NCBI RefSeq assembly: GCF_036365525.1
Contig: NC_090380.1
Location: forward strand, 71,971,757-72,035,756
Direction: 5' to 3'
Source: Heterodontus francisci
Lineage: Eukaryota
DNA length: 64,000 bases
The position numbers were made by a program, and so were the translations under genes. The notes beneath the pieces were generated by a model. It was not told the origin of the DNA and made no database searches. It was given only the letters and a program-made list of their open reading frames with translations. Shown piece after piece: positions 24,540-37,345 of this stretch; position 1 is the first letter of the stretch; each line of letters starts with the position of its first letter.

Positions 24540-25060
24540 TCTCTCTGATATCCTTGCAAATGTAGTCTAGGTCCTGGGAAGCTGCCAGTTCACAATCATT
24601 GGAGCTGTGTAGGATGGGTCATTGTAAATGAGTTTGGAAACATGTAATCAATGAAGTATGTAAAGTCTTCAAAGAAGCTTAGTGTTTCAGTCTCTACCTT
24701 CCAGGATATAAAGTACAAAAGTAGATGTAGAATTAAACTTGCACAGATCATTACTTAGGCCTCAAGTTAGAATATTTTATCCAGGTTTGGGTGCCTTACT
24801 TTAGGAAAGATGGCATGGCCAGTGAGGGTGTCATAGGTTTCAGCTATAAAAGAGAAGTGAGAGAAACTGAGGCTCTTTGTCAAGAGGGGATCTGACGGAG
24901 AATATGGGTGTGGTGATGAGGTAAATAGAGAGAAACAATTTCCACTAGCCAGTGAATTGGTAATGAGAAGGCATAAATTTAAGAACATTGCCAAAAAGGA
25001 AACGCATGGCTAGGGTTTTTATGCATTAATTTGATGGGACATCGAATGTCTTACCAGAAA
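24540..25060 (+). mobile_element. Highly decayed CR1 fragment
   Basis: Residual similarity to the CR1 RT C-terminal region (..aggcctcaagttagaatatt..tttaggaaagat..). Confidence 0.5.
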
Positions 25061-25236
25061 CATTGCTTTTACAAATATATATAGAGATAAAATTAGAACT
25101 GCAACTTATGTTAAAGGTATGAAACAAAAGGTGTTACTGAGAGACCTAGTAAAGGTCCTTACTTTTGTAGCTATTCCTTTAAGCTTCCTAGCATTTTGGT
25201 TTTGTTAGTAATCCTGATGCATTCTTCATCAAACAG

Positions 25237-25653
25237 TGATCCCAGATGGACTGACTGTGTTATCTGGAAAATCCAGAAGCGTGAAGCCAGCAAGTTACAC
25301 CGAAGGGAAGCCGCTGGAACTTCAGTGTGTCGCGATGACAACTTCGTCTGTTTGCACCCATCTCTCTGTCACATGGCAGTTAAAAGAAAATGTGACTAAG
25401 GACATTCTGTCATTTACTCAAGAGAATGGGTTTCAGTCTGGTGGCTCATATAAAAGTAGGTATCAGAGTGGTGATATTAGAATGGGAATGGAAAAAAATG
25501 GCATCTTCAAATTGATTATTAACCACTTGCGACCTGAGGACGATGGTGTTTACTCCTGTGTAGCAGCAGAATGGGTCAAAGAAGATGGCTCCAACTGGAA
25601 AAAAATCCTAGAAAAAAATACAGACATTGCAACGATCAAAGTACAGCGTTTAG
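25237..25653 (+). CDS. PTGFRN: PTGFRN coding exon 3 (Ig domain 2, EWI-motif domain)
   Basis: aaacag| acceptor, G|gtatgt donor; 417 bp. VIPDGLTV...EGKPLELQC...THLSVTW...DDGVYSCVAAEWV. Confidence 0.95.
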
Positions 25654-25956
25654 GTATGTTGTTCTCAGCAAATCATCCTGTAATTCAGAACCGGTTTAAT
25701 CATGCAGATATTGCTGAATGACCATTCTCCACTGCGATGGATAGAGGGTGGTTTGAATGGAGTTGCTAACGCAAGTGCTAAAAACAGGGTTCAAATTCAA
25801 TATTTAATATTCAGCAAGTTGTTCAACATTGGGGAATAATATTTTGGGAGATATAAATTGTAAAGTATGTTTTTATTGGTGTTTTTTCATTCTCACTTTG
25901 TTGACATTCCCGTGTTAACTAAATAGCGTCTCGGGTGAATCAGCCCAAAGAAAAAG

Positions 25957-26095
25957 AATAAAATAAAAGCAAAATATTGCGGATGCTGGAAATCCGAAAT
26001 AAAAACAAGAAATGCTGGAAATACGCAGCAGGTCTGGCAGCATCTGTGGAGAGAGAAGCAGAGTTAGCATTTCGGGTCAGTGACCCTTCTTTGGA
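25957..26095 (-). mobile_element. Penelope terminal-repeat fragment
   Basis: Matches 31692-31830; hammerhead core mutated (CCAAAGA). Confidence 0.8.
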
Positions 26096-26099
26096 ACAA

Positions 26100-26620
26100 A
26101 GAAAAAGAATACTGGGTTGTATGGCAAGAGGTGTAGAATTTGAGAGCTGTAATGCATCTATATAAAACCTTTAAGTTTACAGTTTTGCACTCCACACCAT
26201 AAGGATGTTGAGGAAATAGAGGATCCACTGAATGTTACACTTGAGTGCTGCCTGATATGAGGAAGTACAAATACAAAGTGACTTAGAGATGATTGATCTG
26301 AAATTATAAAGATATTTGACAGGGTAGAGAGAAACATATATAGTTTCCAATGGTTGATGGATCTAGAATGAGTGGATATAGATACCAGATTAAAAGAATT
26401 GGGTCAGTAAGCAGGAGAAAAAGTTTCTCAGAGGGTTGTGGGACTGTGGAAGGCACCACTGGAGTTGTTGATTGAAGCAGAGACCATGGCTGGAAAATTC
26501 CTCTGAGCTGCTCAGAGGGAATTGCTGGCTAATGTCAATATTTTAAAAATCGGTTTGATAGGTGGTTGAAGGAGAGAAGGAACAGGGTGGGCACATGGAA
26601 TAACAGCTCATGTGGAGGAT
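26100..26620 (+). mobile_element. Highly decayed CR1 3' region
   Basis: Residual cagagggttgtgggactgtggaa and gacagggtagagaga motifs. Confidence 0.5.
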
Positions 26621-26825
26621 ATAAAATGTACCTTCATGTAAACTAATGCCCTGCTAGCTTGGATATTTGATGTTTCTTTTGCAATTGAGCTTAATAACAT
26701 GACAAGGCATCTACCTCATGGGTAATTCATCCAACTGTTACAATATACTTGGACAGAATGGGCAAGTTCAAGTTTAAAATATTGTGGAAAAAACATGACT
26801 AAAGAATATAATTTCTGTATTACAG

Positions 26826-27212
26826 CCCAGACCCTGAAAGTCTCTACAATCGGGGGGAGCCTCACTTTGAACAAAGGTGATGAGATTGATCTCATCTGCA
26901 ATGTAACAGGAGTTGAAGACATGGTGACATTTGAGGTCAGCTGGTATTTCAGCACATCTGCAGCAACTGATACTCAGAATGATAAAGTTCTAGTGCACTT
27001 GAACCGTGCAGCAATAGTGAACAATACAGACTTTGTCACGTTGAGCAGGATTAGTGACAGTGACTACAGACTGAGAGTGCAACAAATTGATGAAACAGAC
27101 AGTGGATATTACTACTGTACAGCCTCTATCTGGATTCCGTATACCAGTGAGATGTGGCACAAAGCAGCAGAGAGAAGGTCCAGTCCTGTTGGTGTCACTG
27201 TTGGTCTTCTCG
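26826..27212 (+). CDS. PTGFRN: PTGFRN coding exon 4 (Ig domain 3)
   Basis: ttacag| acceptor, G|gtaatt donor; 387 bp. LICNV...EVSWYF...DSGYYYCTASIW. Confidence 0.95.
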
Positions 27213-28482
27213 GTAATTTCATTCTTTAATATTTTACAAGTGGTAGGATAATTGAATAAACCCAGTGGTATATGTACCAGAGAGCATTTTCCTGGAACCC
27301 CTTGTGTTCCATTGCATCTGCCCGCCTTGTCACATTGCATTGTACAATATTCAAATGGAATCGTGTCTAATTAAGCTATTTATTTAAAGCTACCCTCAAA
27401 TTAGCTGTCTTTTTGCAAAGAATGGTGGTTGTAAGTTGGTTTGCTCTATTTACAGTGTAATTTAACCTGGTCCAGAGAAAAGGGCATTTCCAACAGTATT
27501 TTGAACTCTTAAATAAGACATTCTTTGAATAATGGGCATCCTACATGCAAGGCTGTAGCTGGTCAGATGAAAGATGAGCGCCTAATTGAAATTGAAAAGC
27601 TGGCCTCTGATATCATTGAGAACCTGTTTGCATTTTAACCCTTGGGTTGATGCCCGGTGGGGTCTCACCAGGAGCATTGGTTGTGAAATAGCAGCAAATC
27701 CAGAAGATGTCCAATATGGGAAGTTAATTTTTTTTTTAAAGTTGGTTTACTTGTGGACCAGGAGCAACACAAACATTCCTTTGGATCTTCCAAGGCAGCC
27801 AGTAGCCCTGTGCTTCTGTCCTTGACCACGATTTGAATCTCTCGCTTGTCTTCCCGGCCTCACTTACCTGACTGCTGTCAAAGATTCCGAAAGGATCCCA
27901 ATGAGGGCCTGCTGCCTAGCAGCGTTGATGCTGGGTTCGGGTGGGAGTTTGGCCTCTCACTCCTCTTTACTGTGGTGCCTGATCAGGCATTGATTTCCAA
28001 ATTCAGGTACATTTGAACTGAAACATCGATGCAACTGAAACTACAGCTCTAGTGCAAATGTACTGTAACATATACTAAGGGGAGTAGTTTACTAGTAGGC
28101 TGGGAGCAGTTGGGCATAATTCTGTATGTTGTCCAACTTTTCTGTTGATTTTGAAATAGCCAAGAGGAAATTGCTTCTGGACCTTAATGGAACTCTTTGA
28201 AACTCTGAGAGCTTATTTAGCGTTTCCTTGTGCAAGTGTCACTCTCTGCACGTGCAAACAAGCCTGGAGATCCAGACCATGATATAAAAATACTGTTCTT
28301 AAGTTGTTATAACAGGATTTCATGCACTCAACCTATTTGAAAATCCAACTGCAACTTTTTATTTTATTTTTTTTTACAATAGTTACCTGTGGGATCACAT
28401 GTTAGTAGATCAAACTATATTGGTTAATGCTCATTGTGAGGTCTATGTTTAGGGGTAATCTTTGTTCTAATCGCATCCACAG

Positions 28483-28905
28483 ATCCCATATACACTGTGC
28501 AACTAAACTCTAAGAAGGTACCTAGTTCCTCGGGGGAACCGGCTGAGCTTGAGTGCCGGGTGTTGAATTTACAAAATGCAGATGATGTGAAGCTGACTGT
28601 GACCTGGTATTTCAACCCAAAAGGGCAGGATGGAGTTGCCAAAGTGAGTGTGCCTATCGCAACAATGGATCAGGATTGGACACTAAAATTGGACAATAAG
28701 TATAAGGAGCGAGCAGAAATGGGAGAGATGGTTTTTATGAAGCCTGAGCTACATGCTTTCAAGTTTCAGATACAGCACGCTCTTGTCTCTGATAGAGGAG
28801 AATATTTTTGCAATGTTACTGCCTGGATTAAACAACGAGGTGACACATGGCTGAAAAAACAGGAAATCCCTTCAGTCGCTGTTGATATATTTTGGAAAAC
28901 AGAAG
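28483..28905 (+). CDS. PTGFRN: PTGFRN coding exon 5 (Ig domain 4)
   Basis: ccacag| acceptor, G|gtaaaa donor; 423 bp. DPIYTVQLN...EPAELECRV...LTVTWYF...DRGEYFCNVTAW. Confidence 0.95.
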
Positions 28906-29430
28906 GTAAAATGTTCTTCCAGATTTTTGCAAGGTCTCCTGCTCATTGTTTTGTAAATATGGTGTTTTGCTGTTTTAAAACTACTTTCTTTAAAAACGGA
29001 GAACAAAATTGAAATCCTTGGTCTACACTTGTTTGTTACATGCTGTTGTAGACAAGATGGTACTGTTGGCGGATGTTCATTCTGATGTGAACATTATTTT
29101 CATTGTTTTGTTTGTTTAAATGGATTAACAGAGGTCAGGTTTTTTTTAATCCACCCTTCCATGCCGCCAACTCCTAAGGAGGTGCCTGGCCTCTGCTTAT
29201 TTTCCGTGCCCATGTGGCTGATATTGGGAGAACAAGGTGTGGGTTACTGTGGGCACTAACTCTCATCCTACCTGTTCATTGTGCACAATGTCCTGCTCTC
29301 TCTAGTTGAATAATTCACGACTAAAGTTAGTGTGTAATGTACGTCATGTATGATGCCTTTAGATCATAGCAGCTGCTGCTTTAGGATTGTCTTTTTAATT
29401 GCATTTAATATTATTCCTTTCACTTCTCAG

Positions 29431-29844
29431 ACCCAAGCCTGAGTATTACAGCTACAGAGGAAAAAACAGTATCTACGCGAGGCAACACTTTTGAGATGAG
29501 CTGTAGTGTTTCTGCAGAGCATGTTGAAGTTCCTCATTATTCAGTAGCTATAGCAATGAATGAACCAGCTTTTACTGATGCAAAGGACAGCATAAAGCTT
29601 ATTTCGTTGACTCCAGATTCGGTGGTCAAACTGGAGAGTTGGGACGTCAAGGACAGATCCGAGGATGTTGTTCTGGAAAAAATTGGTAACGAGAAATTCC
29701 GCTTCCGGTTGTACAGGACACAGTTTTCTGATGAAGGATCGTATTACTGTATTGTCCAAGCATGGGTTCCAGATACAAATGGAGAGTGGTCTGAAGTAGT
29801 TGCAAATTCATCCAACACTGTAGCTGTTGCCTTTAAAACAGCAG
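29431..29844 (+). CDS. PTGFRN: PTGFRN coding exon 6 (Ig domain 5)
   Basis: tctcag| acceptor, G|gtaggt donor; 414 bp. DPSLSITA...GNTFEMSCSV...DSVVKLESW...FRFRLYRTQFSDEGSYYCIVQAW. Confidence 0.95.
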
Positions 29845-30569
29845 GTAGGTCCTGAATTTAATCAATCAATTGACAGTCATCATAGTCATTCACGGAACAG
29901 AAGGAGACCATTCAGCCCATCGAACAGCAGATAAATTGTGGTGTACACACCTTTTTAATCATTCAGGTGTGGTGCTACAGAAGACTGCTGACCATGTAAC
30001 AAAATAGCAGTTTTTATGCGTGGCTGATTTGGTAGTTTAGAATCTGGAAATGTTATAATCTTGGTTACAGTACTGTGGGTGATTGCAAAAGGAGGGAGGA
30101 AAATGAAGATGACAAGGGTAACTTGCATTGCCACGTCATGGGCTAAATTGGTAAACTGGCAGAAGCTTAGGAGCAGCTTACCAGGACTTCTCTCAACTAG
30201 GAAACCATGGGCAATGTGGAAGATCTACAGAGGGAGTGATAAATGTATTAAATTGGCTAGTTTTTTAATCAAAACCCATCATAATGAATCCTTTAAAAGG
30301 ATGGAGATATTGCAAATATGCAGTTAAACCTATTTAGTAACTAAGGGAGCATTTTTCTATAATTCATTAGATACTTGATACTTGAAATCTTTTTACAGGA
30401 GTGCCCCAACTATTTAACTTTATGCATATCGTGGAGCCCTGAGGGGCCAAATCAAGTTTAAATTCATGTTCCCATTAAGTTGGATATATTTCAAGTTGCT
30501 GTAATAACTTGTTTATGTTCCGGTTTTAGGATTTATGCCTCGGGTGGAGGTAAAAGATGGCACTAAATT

Positions 30570-30782
30570 TCTGCTGGTGTCCTGGCTGATGTTTATCCCT
30601 CAGCCAACACCAATAAACCTGATTATTTGGTAATTTATCCCATTGCTGTTTGTGGAACCTTGTGGACCAGTTGCCCACTGTGTTTCCCTACATTATAACA
30701 GTGACTACACTTCAAAAGTACTTTAGCTGTGGATCACTTTGGGGAATCATGAAGACACTATATAAATGCAAGTTTCTCCTTC
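30570..30782 (+). mobile_element. 3' half of Deu-type SINE with L2-like tail
   Basis: ggtgtcctgg..tttatccctca..cattgctgtttgtgg..gtgactacacttcaaaagtac..tatataaatgcaagt. Confidence 0.6.
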
Positions 30783-31691
30783 ACTGTCTCAAAAATTCAG
30801 CAAACAAGTGTGAAATATGAGCCTAAGTAGGACTGAGTTGACTGGACTCTGCCGCATATGCTCCATGGACTGTTGTGACATTGGACTTTTGTAATCGTTG
30901 TTTATATAGAATCTGAATTTTCATTTTGTGATGTTGAAATTGTAGTTAAGGTTGTCTAGTTTGTGTCCCCATTTAACCAAATTCTACCAGGGATCCCAGT
31001 ATTGCCATGTGGACAATCTTTACCTCTATGATCAGCTGTTTTTAAGGAATTGAAGATTTCCATATATTTTGGAAATGTTTTATTTTAGAGTATCTGTTAC
31101 CCCCTGCCAGGGATTAAGAAGCTCAATGTGGACTTGGAATGTGGTATTGACCTTTCTTTGGTGGGTTGAGAAAGGTAATAATGATGCACAGTGTTGGAGA
31201 TTTGATGTAAAATGATTTGTTTATGGGTCATGATCCCTAATATGCAGATACCCATTTACTTGCGCTGTTGAAACTTCTGGTATGACCAGAATATATTGCT
31301 CAATTCTAGAGTGATTACAGTTCTATCTTGGTTCTTATGATTTTCCCCCTTTGGACCATTAATTTCTTAATATTTTTTTTTAAAGGAAGCCTTAAGCCTT
31401 CGCCCCCCCGCCCACCCACCCCCCCCCCCAACCCAAATCCCTGGCCTCCACTACTCCATTTTTTCGTTTTTCATTATTTTCCAATTCCATCTCCTCTTTC
31501 CTACTTTTCTTTTTGTCTTGATTTGAAGTGTAAATGTTGCATCTATATTTTCAAAAAAAAAACTATCTCTTTTCCTGCATTCAGCTGTGTAAAATCACCA
31601 TCTGTTCATTCCATCAAATTTGACTCTTTTGTGATTTATCTTGGAATTCAATTTTTTTTTAATTAATAAGAAAAACAACAATCAAAAGTAT

Positions 31692-32880
31692 TAAAATAAA
31701 AGCAAAATACTGCGGATGCTGGAAATCTGAAATAAAAACAAGAAATGCTGGAACCACTCAGCAGGTCTGGCAGCATCTGTGGAAAGAGAAGCAGAGTTAA
31801 CATTTCGGGTCAGTGACCCTTCTTCAGAACTAGCAAATATTAGAAATGTCAAAGGTTATAAACAAGTGAGGCGGGGGTGGGGCAAGAGATAACAAAGGAG
31901 AAGGTGTAGATTGGACAAGGCCACATAGCTGCCCAGAAGGTCATGCAGCAAAGGCAAACAATATGTTAATAGTGTGTTGAAAGACACACCATTTGTACAG
32001 ATAGGGTGTTAATGGACTGAAGATTGAACAGCAGCAAGTACAAACATGAAAAAAAAACAGTGGGTAAGCAAACTGAACAAACTAAGATGAAATGAAATAA
32101 ACAAAAAAACAAATTGTATAAAAGAAAAAATAACTAAAAATAAAAGTAAAATGCTCTGAAATTATTGAACTCATAGTTCAGTCCAGCAGGCTGTAGTGTG
32201 CCTAATCGGTAAATGAGATGCTGTTCCTCGAGCTTGCGTTGATGTTCACTAGAACACTGCAGCAAGCCCAGGATAGAGATGTGAGCATGAGAGAAGGGGG
32301 GAGTGTTGAAATGGCAAGCAACTGAAAGCTCGGGGTCCTGCTTGCGGACTGAGCGGAGGTGTTCCTCAAAGCGGTCACCCAGTCTGTGTTTCGTCTCCCC
32401 AATGTAGAGGAGACCATATTGTGAGCAGCGAATACAGTATACTACATTGAAAGAAGTACAAGTAATTCACTGCTTCACCTGAAAGGAGTGTTTGGGGCCT
32501 GGGATAGTGAGGAGAGAGGAGGTAAATGGGCAGGTATTACATCTCCTGCGATTGCAGGGGAAGGTGCCATGGGACGGGGACGAGGTGGTGGGGTTAATGG
32601 AGGAATGGACCAGGGTGTCGCCGAAGGAACGATCCCTTCGGAATGCTGACTGGAAGGGAGGGGAAGATGCGTTTGGTAGTGGCATCACGCTGGAGGTGAC
32701 GGAAATAGCGGAGGATGATCCTTTGGATAATGGAGGCTGATGGGGTGGAAAGTGAGGACAAGGGGAACCCTGTCACGGTTCTGGGAGGGAGGGGAAGGGG
32801 TGAGGGTAGAGGTGTGGGAAATGGGCCGGACACAACTGAGGGCCCTATCAACAACAGTGGGGGGGAATCCTCAATCAAAA
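31692..32880 (-). mobile_element. 5'-truncated Penelope-like element (GIY-YIG region plus terminal repeat)
   Basis: FPCNRRRCNTCPF...FQVKQ and YIG motif (tacattggggagac on minus); homologous to 62650-63752. Confidence 0.9.
31795..31831 (-). ncRNA. Minimal type I hammerhead ribozyme motif (Penelope)
   Basis: Minus strand: agtt CTGAAGA a gggtc act gaccc GAAAT GTT aact; perfect helix II and helix I AGTT/AACT. Confidence 0.72.
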
Positions 32881-34235
32881 GTCCTAGCAGGGCTTCCACA
32901 TGAATAAAATGTTTTAAACTAATCTTAGTATATTTTAGTGAAATGTTTGGGTGGTGGGGGTGGGGGTGGGGGGGACGGGGGGTGGGCGCAGAGGGAGATA
33001 AGTTGGGAACAGTTGGCATTTCAAATATGTTGATTTGGTAAAAACAGTGCAGTTGATCACACAAATTTTACTTGTATTTCATGAGTGATCAAAGATTCTA
33101 AATGATTAATCCAGCTTCTACTTTACCAGCATCTTCAGTGTACTGTGTTGAAACCTATAATATAAACTAGGATTTGTTTTGAGACTAACTGTATTCCTGC
33201 AATAATTACTGTTGCATTTGCTTCAGGTTCCTGAATTTTGATTTCAGGTGGCCATGTGTAATTGTACCCTATTCTGACATTTCAGCTCTACATTAGTTTA
33301 GGTTATGCATTATTTTTAGGTTCTCTGCATCAATTCATATAGTTTCAGTTTTAGCAGTCCAGCTTAGCTTTTATAGGGGAATATTCTGCATAGTGAAATT
33401 CTTTGTTGGCATATCATTTAATACAGAGGATTAATGGATATGCGATTTTAATCGGGTCGCAGCCACGAATCCTGAAAGGTCCCAGGTTTTGTTTTTTTTT
33501 CCCACTGCTACATTAGGGTTATAAGTGTGGTTTACCATGGTGCTATGAAGTTCAAATTAATTAGTTACTGATTCGAATCAGGTTGGTCTCTTCATCTCTG
33601 AGAGCTTTTAATTTAGCCGAAATGGAGAAAATAAAAACGTTCTGATACAGGATTATATTATGTCGAATGTTAGAACATTGCTCTGACACAATAGGTTAAG
33701 ATATCACCTGTGACACCAAGTTGTACAGATCGGAAGTTCTAGGTTCAATTTTCAGTTTGTTCTGAGTCTGCCACAGGACTGGGCTTGGTTGCAAGGCCCT
33801 ACATAGTTCAATAGCTTTCTGACAATCCCTATCCACAAAACACTATTTAAAAAGTGTCCTTCATAATTTTGGATGGGGGTTATCGATGAAGGGACACTTT
33901 GTTTTTAATGAAGTGTTGTAGACCTGCCAGTATTGACAGAACTGTATGTCAGCAAGAATTTAGTCCCTTCAGGACAGTATGGGAGAAAAAGTGTTAAAAT
34001 AAAAATTAGTAATTTCACTTTTGGTGATCTGGGTTTAATGCTACCCAACCACAGGGAGTGAATCTTCCCTCTTTAATTTCTGACTGTTCAGCTCATAAGT
34101 TATATATGTAAAGTATTTTCTATCCACCTTCTAATAAGTTCAGTTCCAAAGTTTAAAACTGCACTTAAATTTATTACTGAGTGTAATAAAATAAGCTATT
34201 GCTTGTGTATTAACCTGTCTCACCTTGCTCTGTAG

Positions 34236-34343
34236 CTCCTCGGTTTAATGTGACTTTGCACTCCGAGAAACCTAATGTGCACCAGGGCGAGACTGTGGAA
34301 ATGAACTGCACTGTTGACCTGTTGGATATACCTAACAACTCAG
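34236..34343 (+). CDS. PTGFRN: PTGFRN coding exon 7 (N-terminal part of Ig domain 6); absent from the ORF track
   Basis: ctgtag| acceptor, cag|gtaatt donor; 108 bp, phase 1-1. Manual translation APRFNVTLHSEKPNVHQGETVEMNCTVDLLDIPNNS supplies the B-strand Cys missing from exon 8. Confidence 0.9.
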
Positions 34344-35495
34344 GTAATTTTAGAAATGTTATCACAGGTCCATTTTACCAAGAATACCTTCTGAAGGGCC
34401 TGTGGCTTCAAGCTGGTTGTATTTGAAATCTTGAGGCAGTCATGGTGAGTACTTCCACTTAACAGCTGCTGCTGTTCATGAATCTGCTGTGGCTTCTTTT
34501 CATACAGCCCCACCCCTCTCCTCTTGCTGTGTGTATGTATGTGTTACAATGAAAAAAGACAACTTACTGAAGCAATAGTACTCTTCATTCTTTAATGTGG
34601 GTTCCCACCCTATGTACTATAATTAGGGACCAAGCAATAAGATTCTTGAATTCTGTCAATAAAGTCCTGCATCCAAAATGAAATTTTAAAATTTTTAAAA
34701 GTTGATGGAACAGTGTGATGGGGCAGAAGGTTCTAACTGATTTTATTCTGGTGTGGCAGAGGTAATTGAAGTGAGCTGTGGCTCTATTCAAGAGAAAATT
34801 GAAATTTAAACCGGTTTTAAAAAAAAAGTAACTTTAAATAAGACAGTGTTTTCTAACTTGATCTCTATTGGCAAACAGTTGGAGAGAAAAATATGAAATG
34901 GGGGATTGTATCGGGGGAGAGAGATCCTGTGGTATATTAGAGATGAGAATCCTTTTTTAAAAAAAAATTCTCCTTTTCTTCCTGGTGTGACTGTTCCTTT
35001 GGATCAGTATTTGTGATGCATAGTGATGCATAGTGTTGCACTGTTGGTAAGTCATCATTTTCTTTTCAGTGAATCTAATGGTTTAGTGAATCGTATTTTA
35101 AAATGAACATTGTGGCCTGCAGGCCCATGCCAGTTAACAGTTCATGGCACTCTTGTGCAGAATAGCATTGGAATATTATTTTCACATGAAGTAGTTTCCT
35201 GTACAACTCTCCCCTCCCCCTCCCTGGTAAAACCTTGTTTCAAAGGTCATTTAAAATACTTCCTCAGTGAGAGGGGCGGTTGCACCTGTTTGTGGTATTC
35301 CTCAAGCAGCCTCATAGATACTGACTCCTTTCTGGAGAGGTATACAACACTAGATGTCCTTCTACTCCTATCTTATTTCCACTTTTAGTGGAACCAATGA
35401 GCAGAGTGTGTAGTGTAAATGTCTATGACTGAGAATTTTACAGAAGCTTTTGACTTTTGACCTAATTTTGAGTGAGTTTAATCACTCCTGCACTA

Positions 35496-36387
35496 TGTTA
35501 CAACCAGGTGAGAAAGGTGTCTAGGGGTCCCTTTCAGCCTTCACCTGGTCTTACTGTAACAGGGTTTTATTTTAAACACACCGTGTTTTAGCTCCCCCTT
35601 GGTGAATTCTTGTTCACTGCTTTCCAATTATAAGGCAAAGAAATTAGCACAAACAGGCTTTCTTAGGTTTAAAGAAGAAAGATTGAAATTTATTAAAACT
35701 TAAACTCTAATTCAGTTGACGCCTACGGATACACGACACGCCCAGGCTAGCGTGCATACGCAATACACACATGCAAATAGAGACAGAAAAGAGCAGAAGA
35801 AAAATGAAGTGGAAAGTTTTGAGGCAATCTCTGAAGAGGTTTTTTGTTATGTTTCGAGCTCGCTATAGTCCTTGCTTGTAGGTAGATCTTGCTTTTCATG
35901 TTGTTCTTGAGCCTTGTTCACCGTAGGAGGACATTTTTCTCTTGGGGTTCATGTGTCTTCAATGGATTCCGAAACTGGTGAGAAAGAGATGGGAGGAAAC
36001 AGGAGAGAGATGTTCAGGCCAGGAGCAAACAGCTTTGAGTTCAAATTCTCTGTGGCAAGTTCAAAAAAACCTGCAACAGCCAGTTAGTCATGTGACCAGC
36101 TGGCCTAATCACTCCTGGCCCTTGTAGATTGTCTTATCCTAGCAGACCTTGGAATGTCTCCTCTACACACACTGCCTGGTGATCAAAGGTCCGTTGTGGG
36201 TTAAATTGGAGCAGGGAATAGCCCCCTTGTCCTTTTAAGTACTGTCAATATGCTATAATGTCTTTCCAGCCAGTCTGGCAGCCTTTGTAATAGGCCTTCT
36301 CCTCTTCCCAGCAACAGTTTGAATTTTAATGCCCATGCGGTGAAATTACTATGCATCATTCTTGGCAGGTGGGGGGCCTGCATGACA
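35496..36387 (-). mobile_element. Solo LTR (related to 1466-2469)
   Basis: TGTTA...TGACA termini; TSD ACTA/GCTA (one mismatch). Confidence 0.82.
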
Positions 36388-36582
36388 GCTAAGTAATCTA
36401 TTTGAGCTCCCATACTGATTTTTTTTAACTTTCAAAATACACATGACTTTAATAAAACTTCCAAAATTAACTTTCTACTAATGCAAAATACATAAAACCA
36501 TACATTTCAGTTTAGCAGCTGGATAGTTAAAATCTGTGACATGAGCAAGCTGGAGCTTATTCAGTGCAATATTAACACGTCT

Positions 36583-37345
36583 GCCCATAATTTACTTCAA
36601 AGTAGCAGTGAAGCTCACGGCGCTCAGCGCTACCTATGCGCCACATGCTGCTACAACTTCAGGTGAGAGCAGGTGCAGAATTGAACACACAAATCCCAAA
36701 CTTGCTGTCTTCGATGTGCCGCTCCCTGTTAGCATCTCAAAAATGGCTTGAGGTTGATCTACTTTCACAGTGGATTAAACTAAAGTTGCATTGGAAATTT
36801 AGACCTGTTCTGAAGTGAAGCCAGGGAGTCTGTTTCGGAGCCAGTTAAGGTTCATGCATACATAATTAAGCCTGGATTAGCTATCCGATCCTTTTTTAAC
36901 AATGTGCCAATTACTAATTACTTGCTAATGAACCTTTCTGGCACCAAAAAATAACTATTACAATTGCGACTTGTTCCTTCAGGTTTTTAATTTAAGTTTT
37001 ATTTTAGAAATGTGAAATTTAAAATTAAAACACATTTTCATTTGTCCTTGTCTTTTTTTTCTCTGTGTTAATACAGTCTTTCTTCCCCTCTCTTTCTCTT
37101 TTGTACCTGATTTGACATTGAAGTCGCCCACTTTAATTTTCACTTCCTTCTCTGTCTTTCCTCTGTTTATTTCACAATGCTTCAGTCAGATTGGTTAGGA
37201 TATGCACAGTTGCTTACCCGGTTCACTCAGATCCCAGATGCCTGCTTTCTCTCACTGACTTTCAGCTCACTCTTTCAACAACTTGTCATGCAAAATATCT
37301 CTCCAGGCAAGGGCAAATCTCCTTAATGGCAGCAAATTATGGTCC
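36583..37345. mobile_element. Putative MITE, copy 2
   Basis: gcccataatttac / gcagcaaattatggtcc termini; shares tttgacattgaa..cccact..taattt..cacttccttc and gttcactcag.tcccagatgcc with copy 1. Confidence 0.6.

Noticed and set aside
34441-34450. Strong donor CATG|GTGAGT downstream of exon 7
   Set aside because: Extending exon 7 to it crosses an in-frame TGA, and as an alternative first exon the ATG is out of frame with exon 8; no support.
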